DNA of 64,000 nucleotides from Squalus acanthias (Eukaryota), in NCBI GenBank assembly GCA_030390025.1, contig CM059438.1:64544001-64608000 (forward strand), read 5' to 3'. The notes under the pieces are model-generated. The model had not been told where the DNA came from. It saw only the letters and a list, made by a program, of their open reading frames with translations, and ran no database searches. Below, in pieces: positions 11,135-22,765 of this stretch; position 1 is the stretch's first letter; each line of letters starts with the position of its first letter. The translations under genes were made by a program, and so were the position numbers.

Positions 11135-14100
11135 AGTAATTATAAAGGTTTAGCATAACTTGCTTTGTACTCTATTCTTCTGTTTATAAGTTTTTTAACA
11201 GCCTTCTCAACTTGTCCTGCCACCTTCAAAGACTTGTGTTTGTATACGTACACCCCCAGGTCTCTCTGTTCCTGCACTGACTTTAAAATTGTACCATTTA
11301 GTTTATATTGCCTCTCCTCATTCTTCACTTTACACAATGCATCACTTCACACATTTTTTTGGGTTAAATTGCATCTGCCATGTGTCTGCCCAGCTAGTCG
11401 GTTTATGTCCTCCTGAAGTCTGTTGCTATCCTCCTAACCGTTTACTACATTTCCGAGTTCCGTGTCATCTGCAAACTTTGAAATTATGCCCTGTATACCT
11501 AAGTCCAGGTCATTAATATATATCAAAAAAGAGCAGTGGTCCTAATACCGACCCTTGGGGAACACCACTGTATACCTCCCTCCAGCCTGAAAACCAACCG
11601 TTCAGTACCACTCTTTGCTTTCCTTCTCTTAGCGAATTTCGTATCCATGGTCCACTGTCCCTTTAATCTCATGGGCTCAGTTTTGCTAGCAAGTCTATTA
11701 TGTGGTACTTCATCAAACACCTTTTGAAAGTCCACATACACATCAATCGCATTACCCTCATTAACCCTCTCCGTTACTTCATCAAAGAAGTCAATCAAGT
11801 TAGTCAAACACAATTTTCCTTGAACAAATCAGTGCTGGCTGTCATTTGTTAACCTAAGTGCCAATTAATTTTGTCCCGGATTATTGGCTCTAAAAGTTTC
11901 CCCACCACAGACTGGCCTGTAATTGCCAAGTTTAACCCTCTCCCCTTTTTTGACCAGGGGTGTAACATTTGCAATCCTCTCGCACCACTCCCATATCTAG
12001 TGAGGACTGGAAGATTGTGGCCGGAGCCTCTACTATCTCCACCCTTCTTTCCCTCAGCAACCAAGGATGCAGCCCATCTGGACCGGGTGACTTTTCTACT
12101 TTGAGAGCTGTTAACTCTATTTTTATCCCATCCAATTTATTTCTACTACCTCCTCCTTTACTGTGTCCTTGGCAGCATCTCTTCTTTAGTGAAGACAGAT
12201 GCAAAGTACACATTTAGTACCTCAGCCATGCCCTCTGCCTCCAGAAGAAGATCTCCTTTTTGGTCCCTAATTGGCCCCACCCTTCCTTTGACTACCCTTT
12301 TACTATGTATATATTTATAAAAGACTTTTGGGTTCCCTTTTACGTTACCAGCTAATCTATTCTCATACACTATGCTTTGCCTCTCTTCTTGCCTTTTTCA
12401 TTTTCCCACTGTACTTTCTGTATTCAGCTTGACTATATTATGAACCTTACATTTATCATAAGCCTCCTTTTTCTGTTTCATTTTAATCGCTATATCTTTA
12501 GTCATCCAGGGAGATCTGGCTTTGGATGCCTTGTGGGAATGTGACCCGAACTCTTTGAAGGCCTCACATTGCTCATTTACTGTTTCACTTGGCAATCTTT
12601 GATTCTAATCCACCTGGGCCACATCCCCTTTCAATTCCTTGGAATTAGCCCTCCTCCAGTTGAATATTTACACGTTTGATTGTTCCTTGTCCTTGTCCTT
12701 TTCCATAGCTACTCTAAACCTAGTATTGTACCCATTTGCCTCAGCATTTCATTAATGTTGTAATTATTCTGCAGGCACTGTCTCCTTCTTTTTGAACATT
12801 GTGAGACAATCGCATCAAGTTATACTGCTGGTTGTCAGTCTGCACAAGTAGAGCTCGGCTAACAAGTACTCGAATACCTGAAAACTTTAAGCTTTAAAGA
12901 AAGACCTTGCTTCCTTCGCGATCCCATGGGATTATCCTGCGAGCAGCTGAGCTACACAGATGACAAAGATCCCAGGTTTGGTCCCTGGCTTTTGCTGTTA
13001 CTGAGGCTACAATGGCCGCGCAACAATTGTTTTCAGCAACTGCTCCTCCTGGTCTCTTACTAAATCTGTCTCTCTTTTCAATTCTCCTTTCCATCGCTTC
13101 ACTTTCCTTGCAATGCAGTTGCTAGCTCTCCTACTGAGACAACTGAACTACTTGGCTCCTGTTTCTCCTATAATATTGATCTTTGTAAAGAATCTCTCTG
13201 TGAGCACCATTCTGTTTGGCCCCATTATGGATGATAGTATGATTTACCTCATTAGGTCAATTTTTATCCTCCAGTCTCTGGACTCCAGTGTTGATGGCAA
13301 TCCTCTCCGTCATCCTCAGTATGTATGCTTCCAAACTTACCCCCTATCCAGTGCTATTCTCATCTCTTAATCTGAATCCACCTTTCTCCTTTAAAAAGAA
13401 AAATGACCCTCGACTCTTTTAGCATTCCAGTGATCCTTACATTGGTAGTTTCTAAGGTTATGGAAACTGCTGCTAACTTTCAAATAAACCATTACTTTGA
13501 AAGTTCTGGCTGAATGTATGATTAGCGGTATGGTTGTCATCAGGGTTGGTCCCTGGGTAATCACGTTGCTTATATTATGCAAATATTCACCTCTTCCAAT
13601 GAAGACCTTGATGAAGTCTCTATTATTACCTTGGACCTTTCCAAATCTGTTGACAAAGTCAAGCACTGTATAACTTCTCAGCAGATTTCCAGCCTATGGC
13701 ATTCTATAGCCTCCTTTCATAGCTATCGAGTTTACTCTCAAATCATTCTATATGGGTTATAGTTAACGATTCATCTTCTGACTTCATTTTTCCCGTGGGT
13801 TTCTCCAGGCTCTGGTCTCTCTCCCACTCTGTTCCTTATCATTGACCTCTTCCACTCATCGTACAACTCTCTCAATTACTTTGCTGGTGATTCCACTCTA
13901 TACAACTTCCAGCCTCTCCTAGTGCACTGGCTGAATTGTAACCTCTTGAACTTCTGTGCCCTTCAATGAGGAAATGGAAATCTTGCTTATTTCAGTTCCC
14001 TGGACATAGCTTATGCATGTCTCTCAAGTCTAACCAATTGCTACCACATCATTCCTTTGAAAGCTCCATCCCAAGTCCTTTACCTATCAAAATCTTTTGG

Positions 14101-14257
14101 CCCTTTATATCTCTCCTCTGGTGTCAAATGGAACTTCTGGAATGGGGCTTGAACTTATGACCATCTGACTCCAAGGCAAGAATGCTATCATTGAGGATGA
14201 CATGCTTCTCGTTTCGCACTCAGTTTCCTATTGTCCAGCCATAATTCAATATATCTA

Positions 14258-14385
14258 TGATGCGGAGATGCCGGTGTTGGACTGGGGTGGACAAAAATGA
14301 GAAGTCGCATAACACCAGGTTATAGTCCAACAGTTTTATTTGAAATCACGAGCTTTCGGAGCGTTGCTCCTTCGTCAGGTAAAGT
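14258..14385 (-). mobile_element. Penelope-like terminal fragment with hammerhead motif (14346-14381)
   Basis: Same family as 10930-11134. Minus strand: AC-CTGACGA-AGGAGCAACGCTCC-GAAA-GCTC-GTGA. Confidence 0.75.
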
Positions 14386-14949
14386 GAAGGAATACAAATC
14401 AGCAAAGCATATATAGACAGAGAACAATGTGTAGCGTACAATGTCAGACGACTACAGTAAATCTTTCTGACTGCCCTCCATCACACCTCGGCAGAGATAC
14501 AATCAGGCCAGTCAGGAAGGCATTACATCAAAGACACAGCAAAATACAGCTAAGACAATGAGGTGGGGTCACAGGGGGTCCAACATGTCAAATGCTGCAG
14601 TCTGTATGGTTAAGCTTTTTACTTTTTTTTTAAACTGGAAATCACATCTGTGAACAAGCCAACGAGGACTCGAGTCTGGATGACTCTACATCATGTAGCA
14701 ATATATCTAGCCACACCTCCTCCAATACCATGTCTACTAATATTCTGAACTTGTTTTTATGAATCACCAAACCAAATGCTTACAAAAATCCAAGTATGAA
14801 ATATATAACTTTTTGCCTTTGCTATACTTCCTGTTATTTCATTTAAAAAATCTATTAAGTTGCTCTACTACAACTTCCCTTATGTAAATCTTTTTGTCAC
14901 TGAAGCAGGGAAGGTACAGGGACCATCTATTAGAGGTTTTCAAGATAGT

Positions 14950-15682
14950 AGCCCAGAATTTGCGATTGAAATGATGGCAAAACTGTTAGCGTTCGCCATC
15001 ATTACAACTGTGAATCTGACAGCAACTTCTGGAGTACGCACATGTGCAGTTAAACGCAGAAATCCAGAAGTTGCTGTCAGTCATTCCCAGCTCCTCCACA
15101 AGGAACTGACGAAAACTTCCCCTTTTACACTGGAATATCGCTGTTAAAAACTCCCAAAAAGTTCAACCTTGTTGAATGAGATGTAACTGAGTTTTTAATG
15201 GTATATTGAGTCATAATTACTGCTGACGACCGTTCTGGCCCTGAAAAACTAATTTTACCTTTATGGAATATCAAATTTTTCCATTATGATAAAAATTTCA
15301 TGGTTTTTTTATAATATTTTTCTTTTAAAAATAATTGCTTATGATATTTCAGCTTTTACCTTAATCCTGTGTGTGTGTCCCAATCTTTATTTAGCTCTCT
15401 GTAAAATGATTAAAAATTAAGGAAAATCAGTACATTTTACTTCCTGGGTTGCTGTCCGTGAAAATTCTTCAATGTTTCTTCTGCTTAGAAAATTCTTCTG
15501 CTTAGCCAACTTGCCGACATCACTGTTGGACCCTGGAGATCCCCTAGGCTTGGCGTCAGATTCAAATTAACTTCGGGAAAGGTGAAATCGATGCCACAGA
15601 GATCACTGGATCTTTGTGGGCAGCTCTCTTCGAGGTCAGCGGCGAGCACCGTCACTTCGCCGCTGACTGCAAAGTCCGGGCC
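14950..15682. mobile_element. Harbinger-type MITE, family M2
   Basis: Termini AGCCCAGAATTTGC...GCAAAGTCCGGGCC; TSD AGT/ATT; homologous to 36229-36990. Confidence 0.75.
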
Positions 15683-16957
15683 ATTAAGTCTCTGGAGTGG
15701 GGTTTCAGCCCACAACCTTGTGACTCTGAGGCAAGAGTGCTGCCACTGAGCCAAGTGGTACCCTCTTATTGCCACCCTGACTAAGATCAAGGAAGTCACC
15801 AGAAACCCAAGTATGAAATCTGGATAATTTCTGTTCCGCCAGGCACCACTCCACGAAGTGCATTTACAAACTATGTCACCAGGATTGCTCCCTGTTGTGT
15901 CGTTTGGAATCTGACATTGCACAATCTCCCACAATAGCAAACATTGCTTATTATTTTCAGTCTAGGATTACTTGCGAGCTGTCCAAAGCAGCCTCTGCAA
16001 CAGAACTGGTGAAGATTGCAAAATGGTTCCATGGGTTAAATTACTTTAACAAAAAATAGACGTACGCAGGCTTTGGAATATTGGAGGACACCAAGCAAAA
16101 CCAAGATTTAGAACAAAGCAGTGAACAGTTTGAACTATTAAATAATTCGAACCCAGTTGTTGGGTGTTTAAAAGAATATTAATGAATACCATATCTTTGC
16201 TTTTTGATGAAAGATCTGCAAGGGATTAGCATGTCAGCGGAGATATTGCACAGCCGGCAGTACAGAGCTGGAGCCTGTGAGCTGATAGAAGAGGAGATAA
16301 GTTTATGTTTCTGGCCTTTTTGAGCTATTTCTCTTTTAATCACAAACCAGTTTGGTTCCCTGCCAGCAAAATCCACTTTTTTAAAGGCTATAGTAACAAA
16401 ACTCAAGGGAATTTCAAATTACTGCAAATTCTATTCATATATATATAGAAAGCATGTCTCAGTGGGTATCCTATCTGTGTTGGATGTGCTGGAGTGAATC
16501 TAATTTCATAAAGATTAGCATTCAATATATTAGTGGCAACCGAATATTTTCCGGGGTTGTATACTGGGGATGTACAAAGATCAAGTCAACCGCAACAGAT
16601 TCGGGATCTGATCAGAATAGTGTTTGTTTTAAAAGCTCAACTTGAGCCTTTTAAATTCAACTGTCATTTTACTTTTTAAAGATCAGAAATTCTACTGACA
16701 TTTTGCTGTTCCTCAGTGTGAATATTATGTCTGGGAACCAAACCAGCAAAATCAAAGTTTGGAAGACCAGCCATCAGAGTGAAGGGCCAAGTCTCATAAT
16801 ATAGTACACCATCAAGGTTTAAGAGAGTAGGCAAGAAGAGGTAAATCACCACATAATGATCAGGTGATGCCGAGTTTGGGTTTTAAAAGCCTGAAGATTG
16901 TAGTAGGTGGTTAAGGTGCAGCGAGGCAAGGAGTTCCACAATTAAAAAAAAAAAAAT

Positions 16958-18795
16958 TCATTCACGGGATGTGGGCGTCGCTGGCAAGGTCAGCATTTAT
17001 TGCCCATCCCTAATTTCCCTTGAGAAGGTAGAGGTGAGCCACCTTCTTGAACTGTTGCAGTCTGTGTGGTGAAGGTACTCCCACAATGGTGTTAGGCAGG
17101 GAGTTCCAGGCTTTTAACTCAAAGACGATGAAGGAACGGCGATATATTTCCAAGTCAGGATGATGTGTGACTTGGAAGGCAACTTGGAGGTTTTGGTGTT
17201 CCTATGCGCCTGCTGCCCTTGTCCTTTCTAGGTGGTAGAGTTTGGGAGGTGCTGTCGAAGAAGCCTTGGCGAGTTGCTGCAGTGCATCTTGTAGATGGTA
17301 CACACTGCAGCCACGGTGCACCGGTGGTGGAGGGAGTGAATGTTTAAGGTGGTGGATGGGGTGCCAATCAAGTGGGCTGATTTGTGCTGGATGGTGTCGA
17401 GCTTCTTGAGTGTTGTTGGAGCTGCACTCATCCAGGCAAGTGGAGAGTATTCCATCACACTCCTGACTTGTGCCTTGTAGATGGTGGAAAAGCTTTGGGG
17501 AGTCAGGAGGTGAGTCACTCGCTGTAGAATACCCAACCTCTGACCTGCTCTTGTCACCACAGCATTTATGTGGCTGGTCCAGTTAGATTTCTGGTCAATG
17601 GTGACCACCAGGATGTTGATGGTGGGGGATTTGACGATGGTAATGCCATTGAATGTCAAGTGGAGGTGGTTAGACTCTCTCTCGCCATTGCCTGGTACAG
17701 TGTGGCGCAAATGTTACTTGCCACTTATCAGCCCAAGCCTGGATGTTGTCTAGGTCTTGCTGTATGCGGGCATGGACTGCTTCAATGGCCCAGAAATTCC
17801 ATTCGCAGCCCTCCCGCGGGCGGAGGGCTGCGATTCGGAAAGATCTGCACCTGGACCGGAGGGCTCCCGGGAGGCGCAGAATTCCGTTGCTGTGCCTCTT
17901 CAAACTGCCGGTGTGCAGGGCACGCGTATCCCAGGGGCACAGGTGGATCGCAGCGTCCCTGGGATCACGTGGGCCATGGGGAGCCAATCAGAGCAGAGAA
18001 TCTCCATTCATAGATTTGACAGGAAGACCTGTCAAATCTATGAATAGAGATCAGCCCCAAAACATAAGTAAAACTTCAAATAAATTATTTTTTAAATCAT
18101 ATTTTTAAAATGACTATAAATTACATAAATTAACTATTTTAAACAAAAATTTAAATTTTTGAAAAAATAATTAAAGTTTTTAACAGGGCTAAAAATAAAC
18201 TTACCTTTCTTTGAAGTATTTTTAAATGATAAATCAGTGGAATTTTTTTTTTACTTTCTTAAACTATTAGCCTGCTAAAAGCAGGCCTTGCGCCTGCTTT
18301 TCTAGGCGCAGCTGTTCCTGACTTACCTGGACTCAAGCCAGTGTGGAAAAAAACGGAAGTTTCTAATGTACGCGCTGCCTATCCGGCGCAGGCGTTTGTC
18401 CAGTCAAGCCCTTTCTGCAGAGAACTAAAGTGCTGGTTTCCAGCGCATGCGCAAAACCGGCACTTCCATTGGCCCTACGGGTGAGTACACAGCGCGTACA
18501 CACCCGTAGGGAACGGAATTTCTAGGCCAATATCTGAGGAATTGCAAATGGAACTGAACACTGTGCAATCATCAGTGAACCTTGTGAATGAAGCAGCTGA
18601 AGATGATTGCCCTCCAACAACCACAACCATCTTCCTTTTTGTTAGATATGACTCTAGCTGACGGAGAGTTTTTCCCCTGATCCCCATTGACTTCAGTTTT
18701 ACTAGGGCTCCTTGGTGCCACACTCGGTCAAATGCTGCCTTGATGTCAAGGGCAGCTACTCTCATCTTCCTTCTGGAATTCAGCTCTTTTGTCCA
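16958..18795 (-). mobile_element. Non-LTR retrotransposon (CR1/L2 super-group) RT C-terminus and 3' UTR, split by a MITE
   Basis: ALDIKAAFDRVWHQG and YKAQVRSVMEYSPLAW; closely similar to 56597-58135. Confidence 0.85.
17787..18528. mobile_element. Harbinger-type MITE, family M3
   Basis: TIR GGCCCAGAAATTCC/GGAATTTCTAGGCC, TSD AAT. Removing it restores the LINE sequence seen uninterrupted at about 57443-57463. Confidence 0.9.
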
Positions 18796-19129
18796 CTTTT
18801 ATTATTATGCTTTCTTGCAGCGGTTTGATACAACTGAGTGGCTTGCTGGGCAGTCAACCATATTGCTGTGGGTCTGGAGTCACATATATGCCAGACGGTT
18901 TAGCATGCATGTAGTCCTGTGTTGCAGCTTCACCGGGTTGGCACCTCACTTTCAGGTACACCTAGCTGCTCCTGGCATGCTCTTCCACACTCCTTATTGA
19001 AGCAGAGTTGGTCACCTGGCTTGATGGTATGGTGAGGTATATACCAGGCCATGATTGTAGTGGAATACATGCTGCTGATGGATCTATTCTGAAACTATCC
19101 CATTTGGCACGGTGATAATACCACACAAA

Positions 19130-19350
19130 ACAGACCAGGTAAGGACGGCAGGTTTCCTTCTCTAAACCAGTTGGGTTTTTACAACAATCCAATAGCTTCA
19201 TGTTCACCATTATTGATACTAGCTTTTTATTTAACTGAATTCAAATTGACAAACTGCCATGGTGGGGATTTGAACTCACGTCTCTGGATTATCAGTCCAG
19301 GCCTCTGGATGACTAGTCCAGTAACATAACCACTATGCTACTGTACCCGT
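19130..19350 (-). mobile_element. tRNA-derived SINE fragment
   Basis: Minus strand has A-box-like TAGCATAGTGG and B-box-like GAGTTCAAATCC; related to 53257-53570. Confidence 0.6.
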
Positions 19351-19403
19351 TAACATAAGTATCAACATAAGTTGATACTTGTGCTAACAGATGAGTTATT
19401 AAT

Positions 19404-19845
19404 GTCAGCTGTGGCTCAGTGGCAGCATTCTCGCCTCTTTGTCAGAAGGTTGTGGGTTCAAGTCCCACTCCATGCGACATGAGCACAAAAATCTAGGCTG
19501 ATACTCCAGTGCAGTACTGAGGGTAGTGCTGCCTTGTTAGAGGTGCTGGCTTTCAGATGAGATGTTAAATGCCTGCTCTCTCAGGTGGATGTAAAATATC
19601 CCATGGCACTATTTTGAAGAAGAACAGGGTAGTTCTCCCTGATGACTGGCCAATAATCAACATCACTAAAACAGATTATCTGGTCGTTATCACATTCCTG
19701 TTTGTGGGAGCTTGCTGTGCGCAAATTGGCTGCCACTTTTCCTGCATTACAACAGTGACTGCACTTCAAAAGTATTTCATTGGCTGTAAAGCACTTTGGG
19801 ATGTCCTGAGGTCATGAAAGGCACGATATATATTTCTTTCTTTTT
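19404..19845 (+). mobile_element. DeuSINE (SacSINE1-like)
   Basis: tRNA head (TGGCTCAGTGG; GGTTCAAGTCC), Deu-domain-like GAGGTGC...TTTCAGATGAGATGTTAAA...ATCCCATGGCAC, L2-like tail. Confidence 0.8.
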
Positions 19846-20243
19846 AGTAATCACAATGATTTCACCCTAACTGTAATTCAACTGAAGGTGTAGCCTCTTT
19901 CAATTGAGTTGCCTGAACTCAGCTGCCTTTCCCCTCCCCTGCCCCATTGTACTCTTATGCGTTTATTACTGCTTAAATTGAGCCAACAATTTTTCAGTCA
20001 GTGACACTCACCAGCTGACTCGTTGGCGCACTGATGGTCAGTTTCTGTGGCAAACAAGTTTTGATGTGAGACACTTCTATTGGAATGTTAGTCCACAGTT
20101 ATATGTAAATTGACACCTAATAGTGCAGATTGTGATGTCACCTCCCCCAGGGAGATTAGAGTTTATGCGGTGAGTAGCTGAGCCTTGTACACAAGGAATG
20201 TTACGTGGCTCAGTCTGTGCTGAATTAGATGATCACGATGGGG

Positions 20244-21917
20244 TGTAAGGGTTTTGCGTGTGTGACACCGCCTGTGGCTCTGTGCTCAGCCTGGGTGCTA
20301 GTGCGAGGTTAGGCCTTGTTGCCTGTTCTGGTCTCCAGCCAGTCTGAGAGCACTAGACACCTGTGAGTGGTTCGACCCACTCGCCCTTACGGTTCTGACA
20401 CTGGACTTAGATGCGAGAGCAGTAATGGAGATAAAACTCAGGTAGACCCGGTTGAATGGTACGAAATGGAAAATCTTTATTGCATATTATTCAAGATTAC
20501 GAAATACATGTCATAAGCACAGATTAATGACAGTACAATCTTACACGCAGTTATGTAACTAATTTTAGGGAAACGAGGAACGAACGACACATCGTAAATG
20601 GGGGCACACATTACAGTTATCCTTAAAACTTAAACCCTCCCCTATCAATACCTGCTCTAAACTAGATTTGCAGGATCGAGACTCATGCTCACCACTCGTG
20701 ATAACTCGGAGAATTCCGAAAACTCTGCTCGGATGTTTTTACCGCAGCACCTGATCACCCACGTGTTGATCAGGGGTCTCTGTACCCCACTTGTTTACTC
20801 GTTTCTGCTCCGGCTAGCAGGCTGGACCATCTGCTGTCATGAAGATCTGTGTTGTCCTCGGAGTTCCGACACGACTCGAAAAATAGTCTTCCTGTGCCCT
20901 CGCCCCGATGCGATAAAACTCGAAGAATGGTCTTCCGATGCCAGTTCTGTAAAACTCAAAAGATAGTCTTCCTGGGCAAGGAAAGTGTCTATTCGACCTA
21001 CAGGCGCGGTCGGGGCTTACTGACCGTGGCGATACGTATGGTTGTCTTCTTCTCTTCTCATCTCATCTCATCTCATCTCATCTCGGGCCTTCGGTTCCAA
21101 CACCGTTTACCGACTTCTCGGGATGGTGTGCCCGTTTCAAGGCTTCACAGCCCGGTTCCACACAGATCTTCGCGGCAAGCCACGAGGTTGATCCTGGCGG
21201 ATCAGAAAGTTCGATAGTCTTCTAGCAAGTCGAGCAGCAAGGAGTCAAGAGACAGCGTCGCAGGCGAAGAGGCAAGAGGATAAGAGAAAGATGGACGGTT
21301 GGAGCTTACAGTTATAGTGCTGAAATTCCTCTTTTCCCGCCCAATCTTAATGTCTTTTCTTTTGTCAGGGTTTTGGCGCCCAAACTTCTTGTATAGGGTG
21401 ATCTCCGTTTAATGGGTTTCGGTGATACTCGTAACTGCCTGAGTACCTGTTAATACTTTTCCCATTGTGTAACCGGTCAGTATTCTCCCTGGAGGGGTTT
21501 TGGGGCTTCCAAATGTTTCTGTAACTACCCGCAAACGGCTCTCTCATCGTAGAGTCGTGGGGATTTTGCATGTTAATGTCTTTGGATGGGTTCTTGATCG
21601 CTCGGTACAATAGCCCTTATTCGCACCTGGGAGACCGATTCCAGTATTTATGTGTAAAATGCAAACCCATTATGTCTTGTGATTTATCTCAAATGTGCTG
21701 AGTCTTGTCCGATCTCGCACAAAGGTTTATTGGAACGCCATCTTGTCTGCTTATCGAAAAGTCTAGAATGTTCTGCCACGAGGCATGGCGGCCATTTTAC
21801 AGGCTGCTTGTGTCCACTTTGAAAACCTGACAGCATTCTGCTGAAATAAAGCTGTTTGAACGAAACTATGTGTTTCCTCCTTATTTATAAAATCGCAATT
21901 ATATTGCGAATTCTACA
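20244..21917 (-). mobile_element. Long (1674 bp) solo LTR, ERV- or Gypsy-type, copy 1
   Basis: TGTA...TACA termini, GGGG flanks, colinear with 47223-48887. TATA and AATAAA on the minus strand; orientation is inferred. Confidence 0.85.
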
Positions 21918-21971
21918 GGGGGGGGCACTATTGGTGTTCCAATTGGCCTCGGAGTCCTGGGGGAGAAAAGA

Positions 21972-22765
21972 ATATAGCACCTTTCACAACCTCAGGATGT
22001 CCCAAAGTGCTTTACAGCCAATTAAGTATTTCTGAAGTCACTGTTGTAATGTAGGAAACGCAGCAGGCAATTTGTGCACAGCAAGATCCCACAAACTACA
22101 ATGTGATAAATTACCAGATAATCTGTTTTTTTTAGTGGTGTCGTTTGAGGGATAAATATTGGCCAGGTCACCAGGGAGAACTCCCCTGCTCTTCTTCGAA
22201 ATAGTGCCGTGGGATCTTTTACATTCACCTGAGAGGACACACGGGGCCACAATTGAATATCTTATCCAAAAATGGCACTTCCGCCAGTGCAGCACTCCCT
22301 CAGTACTGCATTTAAGCGTCAGCCTGCATGTTCTCCTTAGAGCAGAGAAGGCTGAGAGGCGATTTGATACAGGTGTTTAAAATCATGAAGGGTTTAGATA
22401 GAGTAAATAAAGAGACACTGTTTCCAATGGCTGAAGGGTCGCTAATGAGGAGGCACAGATTTAAGGTGATTGGCAAAAGAACCAGAGGCGACATGAGGAT
22501 AATCTTTCTTACGCAACGAGTGGTTAGGATTTGGAATGCACTGCCTGATAGGGTGGTGGATACAGATTCAATAGTAGCCTTCAAAAGGGAATTGGATAAA
22601 TTCTTGAAGGAGAAAATATTGCAGGGATATGGGGAAAGAGCAGGGGAGTGGGACTAACTGGATTGCTCTTCGAAAGAGCCGGCGCAGACTCGATAGGCTG
22701 ATTGGCCTCCATCTGTGCTTCTATGATTCTACATTATGTGCTCAAGTCTCCGGAGTGAGACTTCA
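21972..22765 (-). mobile_element. DeuSINE (SacSINE1-like) interrupted by a CR1 3' fragment
   Basis: Reverse-complement Deu domain at about 22150-22320; the SINE resumes after 22731. Confidence 0.75.
22328..22731 (+). mobile_element. CR1 LINE 3' fragment
   Basis: FSLEQRRLRGDLIQVFKI...QRVVRIWNALP; tail TTCTATGATTCTA. Confidence 0.9.

Larger units (their letters stand above)
10355..12720 (-). mobile_element. Degenerate CR1 LINE (ORF2 RT to 3' end), interrupted by a Penelope-end insertion
   Basis: Fragments KSPGPDGLHP, CLTNLIDFFDEVT, EQRDLGV, LEQRRLRGDLIEVFKI; tail (ATTCTATG)n near 10355-10370. Confidence 0.9.

Noticed and set aside
19404..19475. tRNA genes suggested by A/B boxes (also about 45100-45165, 52965-53017, 55010-55070)
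   Set aside because: These are SINE heads continuous with Deu or V domains; no complete cloverleaf.
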